Below, one piece after another: positions 8,353 to 17,717 of a stretch of DNA of 64,000 bases; position 1 is the stretch's first letter, and each line of letters opens with the position of its first letter. The position numbers and the translations under genes were made by a program. Origin of the DNA: an uncultured bacterium (GTDB taxonomy: Bacteria; Krumholzibacteriota; Krumholzibacteriia; WVZY01; JAKEHA01); NCBI GenBank assembly GCA_964588695.1, contig CAZPQK010000006.1:196239-260238 (forward strand), in the 5' to 3' direction. Under the pieces are notes generated by a model that did no database searches, had not been told where the DNA came from, and saw nothing but the letters and a program-made list of their open reading frames with translations.

Positions 8353-9180
8353 TTGCTGAGTCCAATGTCGCCCACTTGCTATGCGTTGCCAGACCGCGTA
8401 GAATTAAATGCTATATCCGGCAACTCGGTTGCCATCGCCCAACTTACGCATTATCCGGAAGGGCAGGCTAGCGTGACGCAGGACGCCGCCAGCAGAAAAG
8501 AATGGTACGGAACCGGGGTCTATAGCTCCAAAATGGGGCTCTACACCGGTGGGTTTGAGCAGGCTGTGATTGCCCAGGAACTCGATCGCATCGGCACCAA
8601 CGTTTCGGTGCTCGACGTCGGCGGCGGCGATGGGCGAAACGCCGTTTTCGCCAAAGAGGTCGGGCACGATCCCGTTCTTTTGGAGTACGAGCCGCTACCG
8701 TTGCAACTGTTTTTGGAACGCGGTGTCACGCTTCCCGCCGTGCAAGCGAGTGGCATGGAGTTGCCGGTGGCCGACGGTTCGTTTCAAGCCGTCATGACCA
8801 TCGGCGTTAGCGCGTGCTTTACCGGCCAGGATGATATTAACGTTCGGTTTTTTGCAGAAGTGCATCGCGTATTGAAACCCGGTGGATTATTTCTGTTAAC
8901 CGCGCACAACAAAGGTTCGTACATCGGGCGCATTCGTCAGACTCACGGCGAAGGGCCCGGTTGGGCGGGCTACTACACCGACGATTGCGACGACTACTCG
9001 CGAAAACTTAACGCCGCCGGTTTCGACATCACCGCGTGTCACGGGTATCGCTGGTTGCCGTTTCCACACAACTCAAACAACCCGCTCATTCCCGCGTTGG
9101 CATTGGTTGAAAAAGTGCTTCCTCTGCGACGTAGCACCAGATTTAGTCCGTGGCTTTTCTTTGTCGCGCGAAAACGCTAA
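8353..9180 (+). CDS. Class I SAM-dependent methyltransferase (paralog 1)
   Basis: Motif I VLDVGGGDGRN and post-I LELPVADGSF. Clear paralog of the next gene, with colinear similarity through YRWLPF...FSPWLFFVARKR. The true start may be an internal GTG near 8474 (alignment with the paralog begins at KEWYG). Confidence 0.7.
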   Translation: MLSPMSPTCYALPDRVELNAISGNSVAIAQLTHYPEGQASVTQDAASRKEWYGTGVYSSKMGLYTGGFEQAVIAQELDRIGTNVSVLDVGGGDGRNAVFAKEVGHDPVLLEYEPLPLQLFLERGVTLPAVQASGMELPVADGSFQAVMTIGVSACFTGQDDINVRFFAEVHRVLKPGGLFLLTAHNKGSYIGRIRQTHGEGPGWAGYYTDDCDDYSRKLNAAGFDITACHGYRWLPFPHNSNNPLIPALALVEKVLPLRRSTRFSPWLFFVARKR

Positions 9181-9210
9181 CCCCGTGCGACTCGCCCTTT
9201 CAGGATCCGC

Positions 9211-9918
9211 ATGACCACCGCGACATCAACCGCAGAATGGTACTGGCTAAAGTCGTGTCGTTCGCGCATGGGCGTGTACACCGGCCGTATCGAGCAGGCG
9301 CTGATTGCCAAGTACCTGGCAGCCGAAGGAAGTAACCTAAGTGTGCTGGATGTCGGCGGCGGTTCCGGTCGCAACACCACGTTTGTAAAGTCACTGGGGC
9401 ATCGCCCCACGTTGCTAGAGTTTAACGGCGTTCCTATAAACTTGTTTCGGGAAGAACACGCCGACATTCCTGCCGTGCAGGCGAGCGGGTTAGAGCTTCC
9501 GGTAGCCGACGCGTCGTTCGACGCGGTCATCACCATCGAAGTGACCGTGTGTGTAACCGGTGAGAACGGCGCCAACGAGCGCTTCTTTCCCGACGTGCAT
9601 CGCGTGCTTAAAGCCAACGGCCTGTTTTTGTTGACCGTGTCCAACGGCGACTCGTACGTGGGGAACATAAAAAAGCGTGATCCCAACCTGGCCGACTACG
9701 AGACCGCGTACTACCACGACGGGTTTAACGACTACATGCGCAAGCTCGACGATGCCGGGTTTGTTGTGGAGGCATGTATCGGCTACCGCTGGATTCCGTT
9801 TACCCGCGATTCGGACAGTGCGTTAATTCCGGTGCTCGCCGGCGTCGAAAAGGCCCTGCAGTTGCGTCGCTTGCCACGATTTAGTCCGTGGGTTTTCATC
9901 GCCGCCCGCAAGCGGTAG
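9211..9918 (+). CDS. Class I SAM-dependent methyltransferase (paralog 2)
   Basis: VLDVGGGSGRN, LELPVADASF, C-terminal YRWIPF...FSPWVFIAARKR. Tandem duplicate of the 8353..9180 gene. Confidence 0.8.
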   Translation: MTTATSTAEWYWLKSCRSRMGVYTGRIEQALIAKYLAAEGSNLSVLDVGGGSGRNTTFVKSLGHRPTLLEFNGVPINLFREEHADIPAVQASGLELPVADASFDAVITIEVTVCVTGENGANERFFPDVHRVLKANGLFLLTVSNGDSYVGNIKKRDPNLADYETAYYHDGFNDYMRKLDDAGFVVEACIGYRWIPFTRDSDSALIPVLAGVEKALQLRRLPRFSPWVFIAARKR

Positions 9919-9927
9919 CAATCGCCA

Positions 9928-10983
9928 CTATCCCAGGTGGCGATACACCATCCGCCCGGCCCACCGAGATGCAAATCCCGGCGCATGATGCACGAACGTT
10001 TTCATGAGTCGGTACTTAAGGCTGTCTTCGGTCGTCGACGTTACGCCCTCGACGGGCGGAAGGTAGTAGTAGGGAAGCGTGTATTCGCGAGTGCCCCACA
10101 GTCGCTTGAAGTTCACGAGTCCCTTGTTGTCGGGTGACGTGCGACCAAAGTCGTACTGTTTGACACCATGCTCGCAAGCGTACTCCATCCCCTTCCACAC
10201 CAGAAAGTGATTGCCGCGAAACTCGGCAAAGTCGGTGTTGGATCCGGTGTACTTGTGAATCAGCAGGTCCTTGAAGTGAAAATAAACGTTGGCCGAGATC
10301 GGTTCGTCGCCGCGATAGGCAACGGTCACAAAGCCATAGCCCTTGGATATGACACGCTTCCAGATGTTGTGAAACAAGACAAACGGCTGAGGGATCATGC
10401 CGTGTTTGGTTCGTGTTAACAGGTTCAGCCGGTAGAACGTTTTAACATCGTCAAGCGAAGTGCCCTGGTGGAACCGCAAGTGGGGAAGGCATTTGTTACG
10501 CACGTACTGGCGCGCCCGCTTGCCGAACCGTGCGGTTAATTCGTCAAAATCGCCGCTAATGTCGGTGACGAACGTGTTGTAGTAGTCGTGTGTCGACAGT
10601 TGGTGGTTGGCGAGGACATCCGGCGGATACTCCGCGCGCAGTTCGATGTACCGCGCCTTGTCTTGTCGCTGAACTTCTATCGCGGCCGCAAGCAACGCCC
10701 GCAGGTGTTCGGCATCTTCGGCCAACGGAGGACATTCGTCTACGAACGGCACCGATACCACGCGATTGCCGGTCAGAAAGCTCCTAATCAACACCAGTGC
10801 CATGCCCGCGACAATTTCGTCGCTGCGCTCGACCGCCAAATAGCGCGGACGATAGCCATAGGTGTCGGCCAGGACGTGGGTCCACATTGAGGTGTGCACG
10901 AACGTGCCCTTCGTGTGGCGCTCCACAAACGTGTCCCAACGCGGGTCGGTCCGCGGGTCGATGGTAGTGACTTGTGTGTTCAC
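9928..10983 (-). CDS. FemAB-like / GNAT-fold acyltransferase (peptide- or aminoacyl-transferase family), tentative
   Basis: 351-aa protein whose size and overall pattern match the FemABX/CelD-like acyltransferase family. Assigned by composition only. Confidence 0.5.
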   Translation of the reverse strand: MNTQVTTIDPRTDPRWDTFVERHTKGTFVHTSMWTHVLADTYGYRPRYLAVERSDEIVAGMALVLIRSFLTGNRVVSVPFVDECPPLAEDAEHLRALLAAAIEVQRQDKARYIELRAEYPPDVLANHQLSTHDYYNTFVTDISGDFDELTARFGKRARQYVRNKCLPHLRFHQGTSLDDVKTFYRLNLLTRTKHGMIPQPFVLFHNIWKRVISKGYGFVTVAYRGDEPISANVYFHFKDLLIHKYTGSNTDFAEFRGNHFLVWKGMEYACEHGVKQYDFGRTSPDNKGLVNFKRLWGTREYTLPYYYLPPVEGVTSTTEDSLKYRLMKTFVHHAPGFASRWAGRMVYRHLG

Positions 10984-10997
10984 AAAAAAATGAACCG

Positions 10998-13256
10998 CTA
11001 GAAGCGAATCAAGTAGGAGTACTTGATAAAGAACTGGCGGCTGTCGTTGAGCAGGGTGTTGCGGGTGCGGCGCAATTCCCGCGGGTCAAGGTCTTCCAAT
11101 AGTTCCACGTTGCGATAGTTCGTATTCATACCAACATACAACGCCGTCCACGGATTGACCAGATAAGTAAACAGAAGGTCGCCGTTAAGGTTCCGGTCTC
11201 GGGTTTCGGACGTCAGGCTGCCGTTAACGTCGGTTTGCTCGTATTCGACGATCGCACGCACCGACAGCTCGCGGTTGAACTGATACCCAAGCCGTGCTCG
11301 AGCGATTTGATCGCGCAGGATGCGATCGCCGGTGCCTTCCTGGTTTAGCTGGAACAACGAATACAGGACGTCAAAACTGACATTCGTGCTGGGCTTAAAC
11401 GCCAACCCAAGTTCGCCGGCGTAGCGGTTGGCCAACTCGGGCTGCTCACCACCGGGCGGGTCGAAGTTAATGACTTTGCCCGCGTCAACTTCGATTTCGG
11501 TGACGAGTTCGTCGGTAATGTCGGTGCCAAAGTATCCGTAAAAGTTAAACGGGTCGTACTCGCGAACTTCCATAAGCGATGCAAAGTCGATTGGCCGTAG
11601 CCACTCGCGACGGGTCGTGGCCTGCAAAGCGACGCTGGTTTCGCGAACAAACTCGCCGTGCATGGTGAGTTCGTAGATTTCATCAAGCTTGGTCCCGTCG
11701 TGGTCCCACACCGATTGGTGGTACCATTCCGGGCCCCAGGCCAGCACAACATCGCCGGCGGTGCGGACACGATACGACCCCGACCAGTGAATGTCGCGCA
11801 AGTCAACGCGGGGAACAAAACCGGTAAGCGTTGCGAAATCCCGGCCAATGTCCTGGTAATGCACGTGCGTCCGAAAATGTTGCCCCGACCGATCAAATCG
11901 CCAGCTAACCGCAGGGTCTTCGATCTGCGTACCGTCATCGGTTTCTGTAACGCTGTGAATGGCCTGAAAGTTGGTGGTCCAGGTGGGAGTAAGTTTAATG
12001 CGACCGTCGATACCGCCGACGCGGTTGAATCCGCCGGCGAACTCTCGGTCGGTAAAGATCGCGCCGAGGTTCGACTGGTCCATGATGTCGCGACTAACTC
12101 GAGCCACACCAAAGTACGCGCTCTCGCCGTAGTTGGGATCGTCGGGTGAAAGGCTGTTGCCAGCGCCCTCGTCGTCGGCCAGGAGCAGACCCACCGCCCA
12201 CGGCCCCAGCTTGCCGGTCAAGCGACCGCCGGCGCGCGGGTCGCTAATCCGTCGGGTAAACAGCAAGTTGTATTCGCCCTCAAAGTAATTCGCGTTCTCC
12301 AGAAAGAACGGTCGCTGCTCCGGGAAGAACACTTCGAAGCGTTCGTTGACTGTCACCTGCGGTTGGTCCGATTCGACATGGCTAAAGTCCGGGTTCACCG
12401 TCAGGTCAAATACCAGCTTGTCTTTGATTACGGCTTTAAGGTCGAAGCCAGCTTCGGCCTCGCCATCGTCTTTAAATCTTGGACCGTTGGGGTGGCCTTC
12501 GTCGATCAGGCGAAAGGTCCGCGCCGTTCCATACGGGACAAACAGAATGTTGCGTCCGGGTGTAATCTCGTCGTCGATTCGCAGCGTCGCGGCCTGGTTC
12601 AGCCGGCCCTCAACACGGCTCGATACCGGCGGCCAGAATGCTTGTTCGGAATCGCGGCGAATTTCGCGGAGCACAATAAGCCCCCACTCTTGCGACGGCG
12701 CGGGATCGAAACGGAGGCTCTTAAAAGGAATCGCCATTAACACGACGTATCCGGAATCGGTGATAGCGCCTTCCGAATGCCAAACCGTGTCGAAGGAATC
12801 GTCAAACCCCAGACCTTCGGTCCAAATGGCGTCCCATTGCACACCGAGCGGGTTGCAGACAAACGCGATGGCCCGGCGTTGGTCGTTAAATGTGTCGAGC
12901 ATGATCTCGACGATGTCGTCGTGGAACAACGACTCGCGCGGCGATAAGCGACCGCGCACGCGGTCGGGTGCGTTGTCGTGAGCAACAAAGACGACATAGA
13001 GGTTGTTGTGATCGCGGCCCAGGTAAACGTCGGTGCGTTGCGTGCACGGCTCACCGTCTGCGGGTTCGCGCTGAATCAAACCCGTGACGTGGGCCATTTG
13101 TTTCGCGGTCGCCGTTGCTGCTGTCATGGAGCGGAAGTCGTCCAGGCGAGGTGCGGTCAAAAGTAGCGGGACAGTCACCGACGGGCGCTGTGGTTGCGCT
13201 AGTGCAGATGTGGTGAGGCCAGCTAGCGCAATTAGGGTGGGGCCGAAAATACGCAT
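10998..13256 (-). CDS. Outer-membrane beta-barrel protein with N-terminal CBM9-like domain (DUF5916-like)
   Basis: Signal peptide ...SALAQP. 752 aa. Alternating beta-strand pattern with a terminal aromatic residue (...YLIRF), typical of OM barrels. Confidence 0.55.
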   Translation of the reverse strand: MRIFGPTLIALAGLTTSALAQPQRPSVTVPLLLTAPRLDDFRSMTAATATAKQMAHVTGLIQREPADGEPCTQRTDVYLGRDHNNLYVVFVAHDNAPDRVRGRLSPRESLFHDDIVEIMLDTFNDQRRAIAFVCNPLGVQWDAIWTEGLGFDDSFDTVWHSEGAITDSGYVVLMAIPFKSLRFDPAPSQEWGLIVLREIRRDSEQAFWPPVSSRVEGRLNQAATLRIDDEITPGRNILFVPYGTARTFRLIDEGHPNGPRFKDDGEAEAGFDLKAVIKDKLVFDLTVNPDFSHVESDQPQVTVNERFEVFFPEQRPFFLENANYFEGEYNLLFTRRISDPRAGGRLTGKLGPWAVGLLLADDEGAGNSLSPDDPNYGESAYFGVARVSRDIMDQSNLGAIFTDREFAGGFNRVGGIDGRIKLTPTWTTNFQAIHSVTETDDGTQIEDPAVSWRFDRSGQHFRTHVHYQDIGRDFATLTGFVPRVDLRDIHWSGSYRVRTAGDVVLAWGPEWYHQSVWDHDGTKLDEIYELTMHGEFVRETSVALQATTRREWLRPIDFASLMEVREYDPFNFYGYFGTDITDELVTEIEVDAGKVINFDPPGGEQPELANRYAGELGLAFKPSTNVSFDVLYSLFQLNQEGTGDRILRDQIARARLGYQFNRELSVRAIVEYEQTDVNGSLTSETRDRNLNGDLLFTYLVNPWTALYVGMNTNYRNVELLEDLDPRELRRTRNTLLNDSRQFFIKYSYLIRF

Positions 13257-13319
13257 AGATTGATCTTAACACGCCGCGCCGGACTTGACAACTCGTTGGG
13301 GTAGAGCGGCTTATGGTCG

Positions 13320-14033
13320 TCAGTCTGTCTGGTCACCCTGGGAAACGGCAATGCGTTCGTCGAACACAAAGCAGTCGCCCTCCCAAAGAGACTCCTCACT
13401 GGAAACATTTTGCAGGTAGTTCAATATACCACCTTGCAGGTGAAGCACGTTGCCAAAGCCCTGCTCGCGCAGATACGCGGTTGCCTTCTCGCAACGCACG
13501 CCTCCGGTACAGAACATCGCAATCCGCTTGCCTTTGTGTGCCGCAAGGTTGTGTTCGACAAACGCGGGGAAGTCATGAAAGCTTTCGGTGTGCGGGTTGA
13601 TCGCACGCGCAAAGGTGCCAAAGCCGACTTCGTAGTCGTTGCGGGTATCCACTACGATTGTGTTGGGGTCGGCGATCAGATCGTTCCACTCATGCGGCGG
13701 AATGTGCTCGCCAACATTGTGGGTGACGTCTACAGCGCCAGCGCGCATGGTGACGATCTCGTCTTTGAGTTTTACCAGCGCCCGTTGGAAGGGAACTCGC
13801 GGAGCCTCCCATCGGTTTTCGATACGGTGGATGAAGCGACCGTCGACATCCAGCCAGTCCCGAAACGCATCAATCGCGTCGCGACTTCCCGCAACCGTGC
13901 CGTTAACCCCTTCGGTTGCGACAATGAGGGTACCTTTCAAGTCCAGTGCCCGCACTTGTCTGCGCAGATCGGCGGCCATCGCTGCCGGATCCTCGACCGG
14001 AAAGAATTTGTACATGGCAAGAACACTAATCAT
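13320..14033 (-). CDS. trhO: Rhodanese-domain tRNA U34 hydroxylase TrhO (YceA/UPF0176 family)
   Basis: N-terminus ISVLAMYKF..., rhodanese active-site region CTGGVRCEKATAYL. Start is chosen at the internal ATG matching the family N-terminus. Confidence 0.75.
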   Translation of the reverse strand: MISVLAMYKFFPVEDPAAMAADLRRQVRALDLKGTLIVATEGVNGTVAGSRDAIDAFRDWLDVDGRFIHRIENRWEAPRVPFQRALVKLKDEIVTMRAGAVDVTHNVGEHIPPHEWNDLIADPNTIVVDTRNDYEVGFGTFARAINPHTESFHDFPAFVEHNLAAHKGKRIAMFCTGGVRCEKATAYLREQGFGNVLHLQGGILNYLQNVSSEESLWEGDCFVFDERIAVSQGDQTD

Positions 14034-14164
14034 AGTGTAAATAGGATAGCAAGCAACCACTTGTATTGCAAATAGTTACACAGGTTTGTGGCATCTCGAC
14101 TGCCCGCAACAGGCCCTAGCTTGTTCCTTTCATGGTCACAGTGTAATGTCTACTGCGCCGTACG

Positions 14165-16243
14165 ATGCAATTACTTAAACGAATAAAAGTCGTAGTACTC
14201 GCGCTGGCGTTGCTGTCGGCGTTACTGCCCACCAACGCGAGCGCCGATGTCGTCCGCCTGGACGCCGGGTGGGAGTATCGACTGGGGCAATCTCCTGTCG
14301 ATGCCGCCGGCGACCCGGTGTGGCTTTACGACGAATCGAGTGTCGGCTGGCACGCGATGACCAAGATTGGATACCCCGACGAACGCAATGGCGAGAACTG
14401 GATTTGGTATCGCACTCGACTTCCCGCAAATCTTCCCGATTCGCCAGCGCTTTACATTCAACACCTCATGGAGGGGTTTGAAGCTTATGTTGACGGGGAG
14501 TTAATCAAAAAGTTTGGGCACCTGGGGTCCAACAATGAAAACAAGTACGCGTCGTCAACCATCCAGGTAATCTCTCTTCCGCAAGATGCCGCCGGCAAGA
14601 TGCTGGTGTTTCAAATCTATTCCGAGGGTTGCTGCTTGGGAATCCAGGGTGGCGACGGCGGTGTGTACTTGGGTCAAAAAGACGAAGCTATTCGTTTTCT
14701 TGCGCTCGACAATGCCGCGACCGTTGTTCTGGGCGTCCTGTTTATGTTCTTGGGCGTGTTTGCATTGGCTTCGTTCTTTGTCCGACTGCGCGAAGATTTT
14801 CTGGCTCCCCTCGCATTCGCCGCGTTTGCTATTCCTCTGGGGCTGTTCTACGTCCTGATTCCTCCGGGGCCGCAATACATTCTTAACGCGCCCGTGCAGT
14901 TGTTGTACGTCCGCGGGATCGCCTTTCTGCTGTTCGCGGTTGGGCTTTACACGTTCATTCGTTTGACTTTGCTCAATCATTCCGCGCGTTGGAGTCGGCA
15001 TTTGATGACTGCGCTGATTGCAGTTCACGCAATCACCGCGGCCGTGGTGGTTGCGTTGGATATCACCGGGCATGTGCGACTGCCCAACGGTGTACACGCG
15101 TCCAATAAGCTATTCATGTACACGGTTCCGACCGCTGTTATCGTTACCGCAGTTCGAGCGTTTCGTGGAAGCGCCGATGCCCGCGTTCTCATGAGTGGGT
15201 TTATTGTGTTTGGTTTGGTTGGAATTCTCGACTTACTGCAAGGGCTACAAGTTATTCCGTACTTCGCGTGGGTATCACAGTGGGGCGCGTTGGTGTTTGT
15301 GATGTGTTTGGGCTACCTGTTGGAGCGGCAGGCGGCAAGATCTCACCAACGACTAAAGCTATATTCGTCCGAGTTGGAAGAGTTGTCTTCGCAACTCGAG
15401 GAAAACAACCGCACGCTCGAACAGAAGGTCATTGAGCGAACCGAGGACTTGGACCTGAAGAATAAGGAGCTAAGTGGAACACTAGCCGAACTTCGCGAGA
15501 CCCAAGAGCAATTGTTGATGCAGGAAAAGATGGCGTCGCTGGGCAACCTGGTTGCGGGCGTAGCTCACGAAGTGAACAACCCGATTGGCGCGGTGGTTAG
15601 TGCAAGCGATGCGTCGGCGCGCGCAGCCGAAGTTGTTCAGAAGTTTGTGGCCGAGCAGGAACCCGACGCTAAGGCGCGTCCTCGTAAAGCGGCCGACATT
15701 CTGGTGGCAAACAACGGCGTCATTGGCGAGGCGGCCCGTCGGGTCGCGCGCATTGTTCGTAGTCTCAAGAATTTTGCGCGCCTGGACGAAGCGGAGTTTC
15801 AGCGAACCAATATCCACAACGGCATCGACAGCACGCTTACTCTCGTCAAGCACCTTCTGCAAAACCGAATCAAAGTGGTGTGCGACTACGGCGACATTCC
15901 TGAGTTGTTGGTTTACCCCAACGAACTCAATCAGGTGTTTATGAACCTCATCGTCAACGCCATCGACGCTATTCCGGGCGATGGAACCATCACCATCACC
16001 ACCCGCCGCGACCACAACCACGCGGTCATAACCGTTGCCGACACGGGGACGGGGATCGCCGCCGAAGACATCGGCCGCATTTTTGATCCCGGATTTACCC
16101 GCAAAGGTGTCGGAGTTGGTACCGGCCTCGGGCTTTCGATTTCCTACCGCATTATCGACAAGCACGAAGGTACGCTGAGCGTAACCAGCGAGCCCGGCAA
16201 CGGCGCCGTGTTCACCGTTCGACTGCCGATTCGCGACGCCTAG
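14165..16243 (+). CDS. Sensor histidine kinase with 7TMR-DISM extracellular and 7TM domains (orphan, no adjacent response regulator)
   Basis: N-terminal 7TMR-DISMED2-like region (WEYRLGQSPVD...WHAM...ENWIWYRTRLP), seven predicted TM helices, and a coiled coil. H-box AGVAHEVNNPIG. HATPase G-boxes DTGTGI...GTGLGLSISYRII. Confidence 0.85.
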   Translation: MQLLKRIKVVVLALALLSALLPTNASADVVRLDAGWEYRLGQSPVDAAGDPVWLYDESSVGWHAMTKIGYPDERNGENWIWYRTRLPANLPDSPALYIQHLMEGFEAYVDGELIKKFGHLGSNNENKYASSTIQVISLPQDAAGKMLVFQIYSEGCCLGIQGGDGGVYLGQKDEAIRFLALDNAATVVLGVLFMFLGVFALASFFVRLREDFLAPLAFAAFAIPLGLFYVLIPPGPQYILNAPVQLLYVRGIAFLLFAVGLYTFIRLTLLNHSARWSRHLMTALIAVHAITAAVVVALDITGHVRLPNGVHASNKLFMYTVPTAVIVTAVRAFRGSADARVLMSGFIVFGLVGILDLLQGLQVIPYFAWVSQWGALVFVMCLGYLLERQAARSHQRLKLYSSELEELSSQLEENNRTLEQKVIERTEDLDLKNKELSGTLAELRETQEQLLMQEKMASLGNLVAGVAHEVNNPIGAVVSASDASARAAEVVQKFVAEQEPDAKARPRKAADILVANNGVIGEAARRVARIVRSLKNFARLDEAEFQRTNIHNGIDSTLTLVKHLLQNRIKVVCDYGDIPELLVYPNELNQVFMNLIVNAIDAIPGDGTITITTRRDHNHAVITVADTGTGIAAEDIGRIFDPGFTRKGVGVGTGLGLSISYRIIDKHEGTLSVTSEPGNGAVFTVRLPIRDA

Positions 16244-16932
16244 ATGCCGAAGGGTCCAAAGGGTGCGGGTTCGGTCCTAAAGTCGCCGATTTCCGACGTG
16301 AGCCAATCGACTTCACCGATAAGCAAGTCGGCGGTCCCAATGGCGCCACCCGCATTAAGCGTGTTGGGTACGGTGAACTCGAAGATGAAGCAGCTGATCG
16401 TCTCGCCGGTATTTGCAGGTACGGCGTTTGCGGCGCAGCCGAAGTTGTCGAGCGTTGACCCGTTGCTCGAATACAAGTTAACCCCATAGCTCGTGATTCT
16501 ATCCAACGACGATATCCTGCTAAAGCCAATGTTCTGCGCGGTAGCGACTAACCCACCATTCCCGGCCAGGCCGACACGCACGGAGATCACCCCGGGAACC
16601 CGATGAGCAACTGCCAACGGCTGCGGAAAATGCACATGAATTGACACATTGGTTCCGGCTCCAACATTGGGGATGGTGACATTAGTTTGAGCGATAGCCT
16701 GAAAAACGGTGCTCTCGGGGCCGCCGTACATGCCCGGCGAGTAAAACACCGACTCGGTCCAATCGTCCGAGGCCACTTCGACCGTCACAGTGTTGGCACT
16801 TGTCGCGCACTTCGGTTGGGGTGCGGGTAGTCCCGACAGTAACGAGCCGTCGTCGCACCCGACGATTGTGGACAACCCGATCGCTACGATCCCTGCAAGC
16901 AGCCGTACGTCTAGTCTTGGTGTCATTGTCAT
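16240..16932 (-). CDS. Hypothetical lipoprotein
   Basis: Signal/lipobox ...LSTIVGC. Convergent with the histidine kinase gene, with a 4-nt overlap. Confidence 0.5.
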   Translation of the reverse strand: MTMTPRLDVRLLAGIVAIGLSTIVGCDDGSLLSGLPAPQPKCATSANTVTVEVASDDWTESVFYSPGMYGGPESTVFQAIAQTNVTIPNVGAGTNVSIHVHFPQPLAVAHRVPGVISVRVGLAGNGGLVATAQNIGFSRISSLDRITSYGVNLYSSNGSTLDNFGCAANAVPANTGETISCFIFEFTVPNTLNAGGAIGTADLLIGEVDWLTSEIGDFRTEPAPFGPFGI

Positions 16933-17130
16933 ACCTCGCGTCTGGTGTTGGATTCATCCGTTAGTAAACGCCGCAGAACGGCGATCTACCAACAACCAAA
17001 AAGTCGAGTTTAGTGAGCGGTCGCCGCCATCGTCATGTAACATATTGCAAATACGAGCGTTACATGACCGGTCGCTTTTCCGTTGTATGCGGGGCCCCGC
17101 CTCGCTATCCTTTAACCAGATTTTATCGAA

Positions 17131-17182
17131 CCGCGGCGCGCCCCCTTCCTCGACCCGGGGGGCACGCCGCGACTCGTTTTAT
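17131..17182 (+). terminator. GC-rich hairpin plus U-tract in the greA 5' leader (GraL-like attenuator/terminator)
   Basis: Imperfect stem CGCGGCGCGCCCCC...GGGGGGCACGCCGCG followed by ACTCGTTTTATT, about 30 nt upstream of greA. E. coli greA carries an analogous leader terminator that yields the GraL sRNA. Confidence 0.35.
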
Positions 17183-17212
17183 TAGACCGAAACCGAAAAT
17201 GGAGTGATGGGG

Positions 17213-17695
17213 ATGGCCCAGTTCTTTTTTACCGAAGCTGGCTTGAAGAAGTTAAAAGAGGAGATCGATCACCTCGAAAAGCTAGTGAAGCATGACATTG
17301 CTAAGGAAATCGCAGCGGCCGCGGATCATGGTGACTTGAAGGAGAACGCCGAGTACGCCGCCGCTAAGGAAAAGCAAGCGCATTACGCCAATAAGCTACG
17401 GGCGCTTCAGGAAAAAATGTCGGGCGCCAACGTGGTGCGCCGCGAAGATTTGCCCGAGGATTCGGTCTCCTTTGGCAAGAAAGTCAAAATTAAAGATGTT
17501 GATACCGGACGCGAGCGCGAGTACACCATTCTAGGTGAGGGGGAAAGCGACCCCGAACAGAACATCATTGCGTACCAAACGCCGCTGGCTAAAGCGCTGA
17601 TTGGTCACAAGATGGGCGAAGTGGTGGAAGTCCAGTTGCCCGCGGGTGTTCGCAACTTTGAGATTCTCGAAGTCGAGTTTTTTGACGGCTATTAG
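17213..17695 (+). CDS. greA: Transcription elongation factor GreA
   Basis: Colinear match to GreA (GDLKENAEY...). GGAG at 17201-17204 is correctly spaced for the ATG at 17213. Alternative in-frame starts exist at 17204 and 17207. Confidence 0.85.
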   Translation: MAQFFFTEAGLKKLKEEIDHLEKLVKHDIAKEIAAAADHGDLKENAEYAAAKEKQAHYANKLRALQEKMSGANVVRREDLPEDSVSFGKKVKIKDVDTGREREYTILGEGESDPEQNIIAYQTPLAKALIGHKMGEVVEVQLPAGVRNFEILEVEFFDGY

Positions 17696-17717
17696 CGATT
17701 AGCGGGGCACCGCTACC

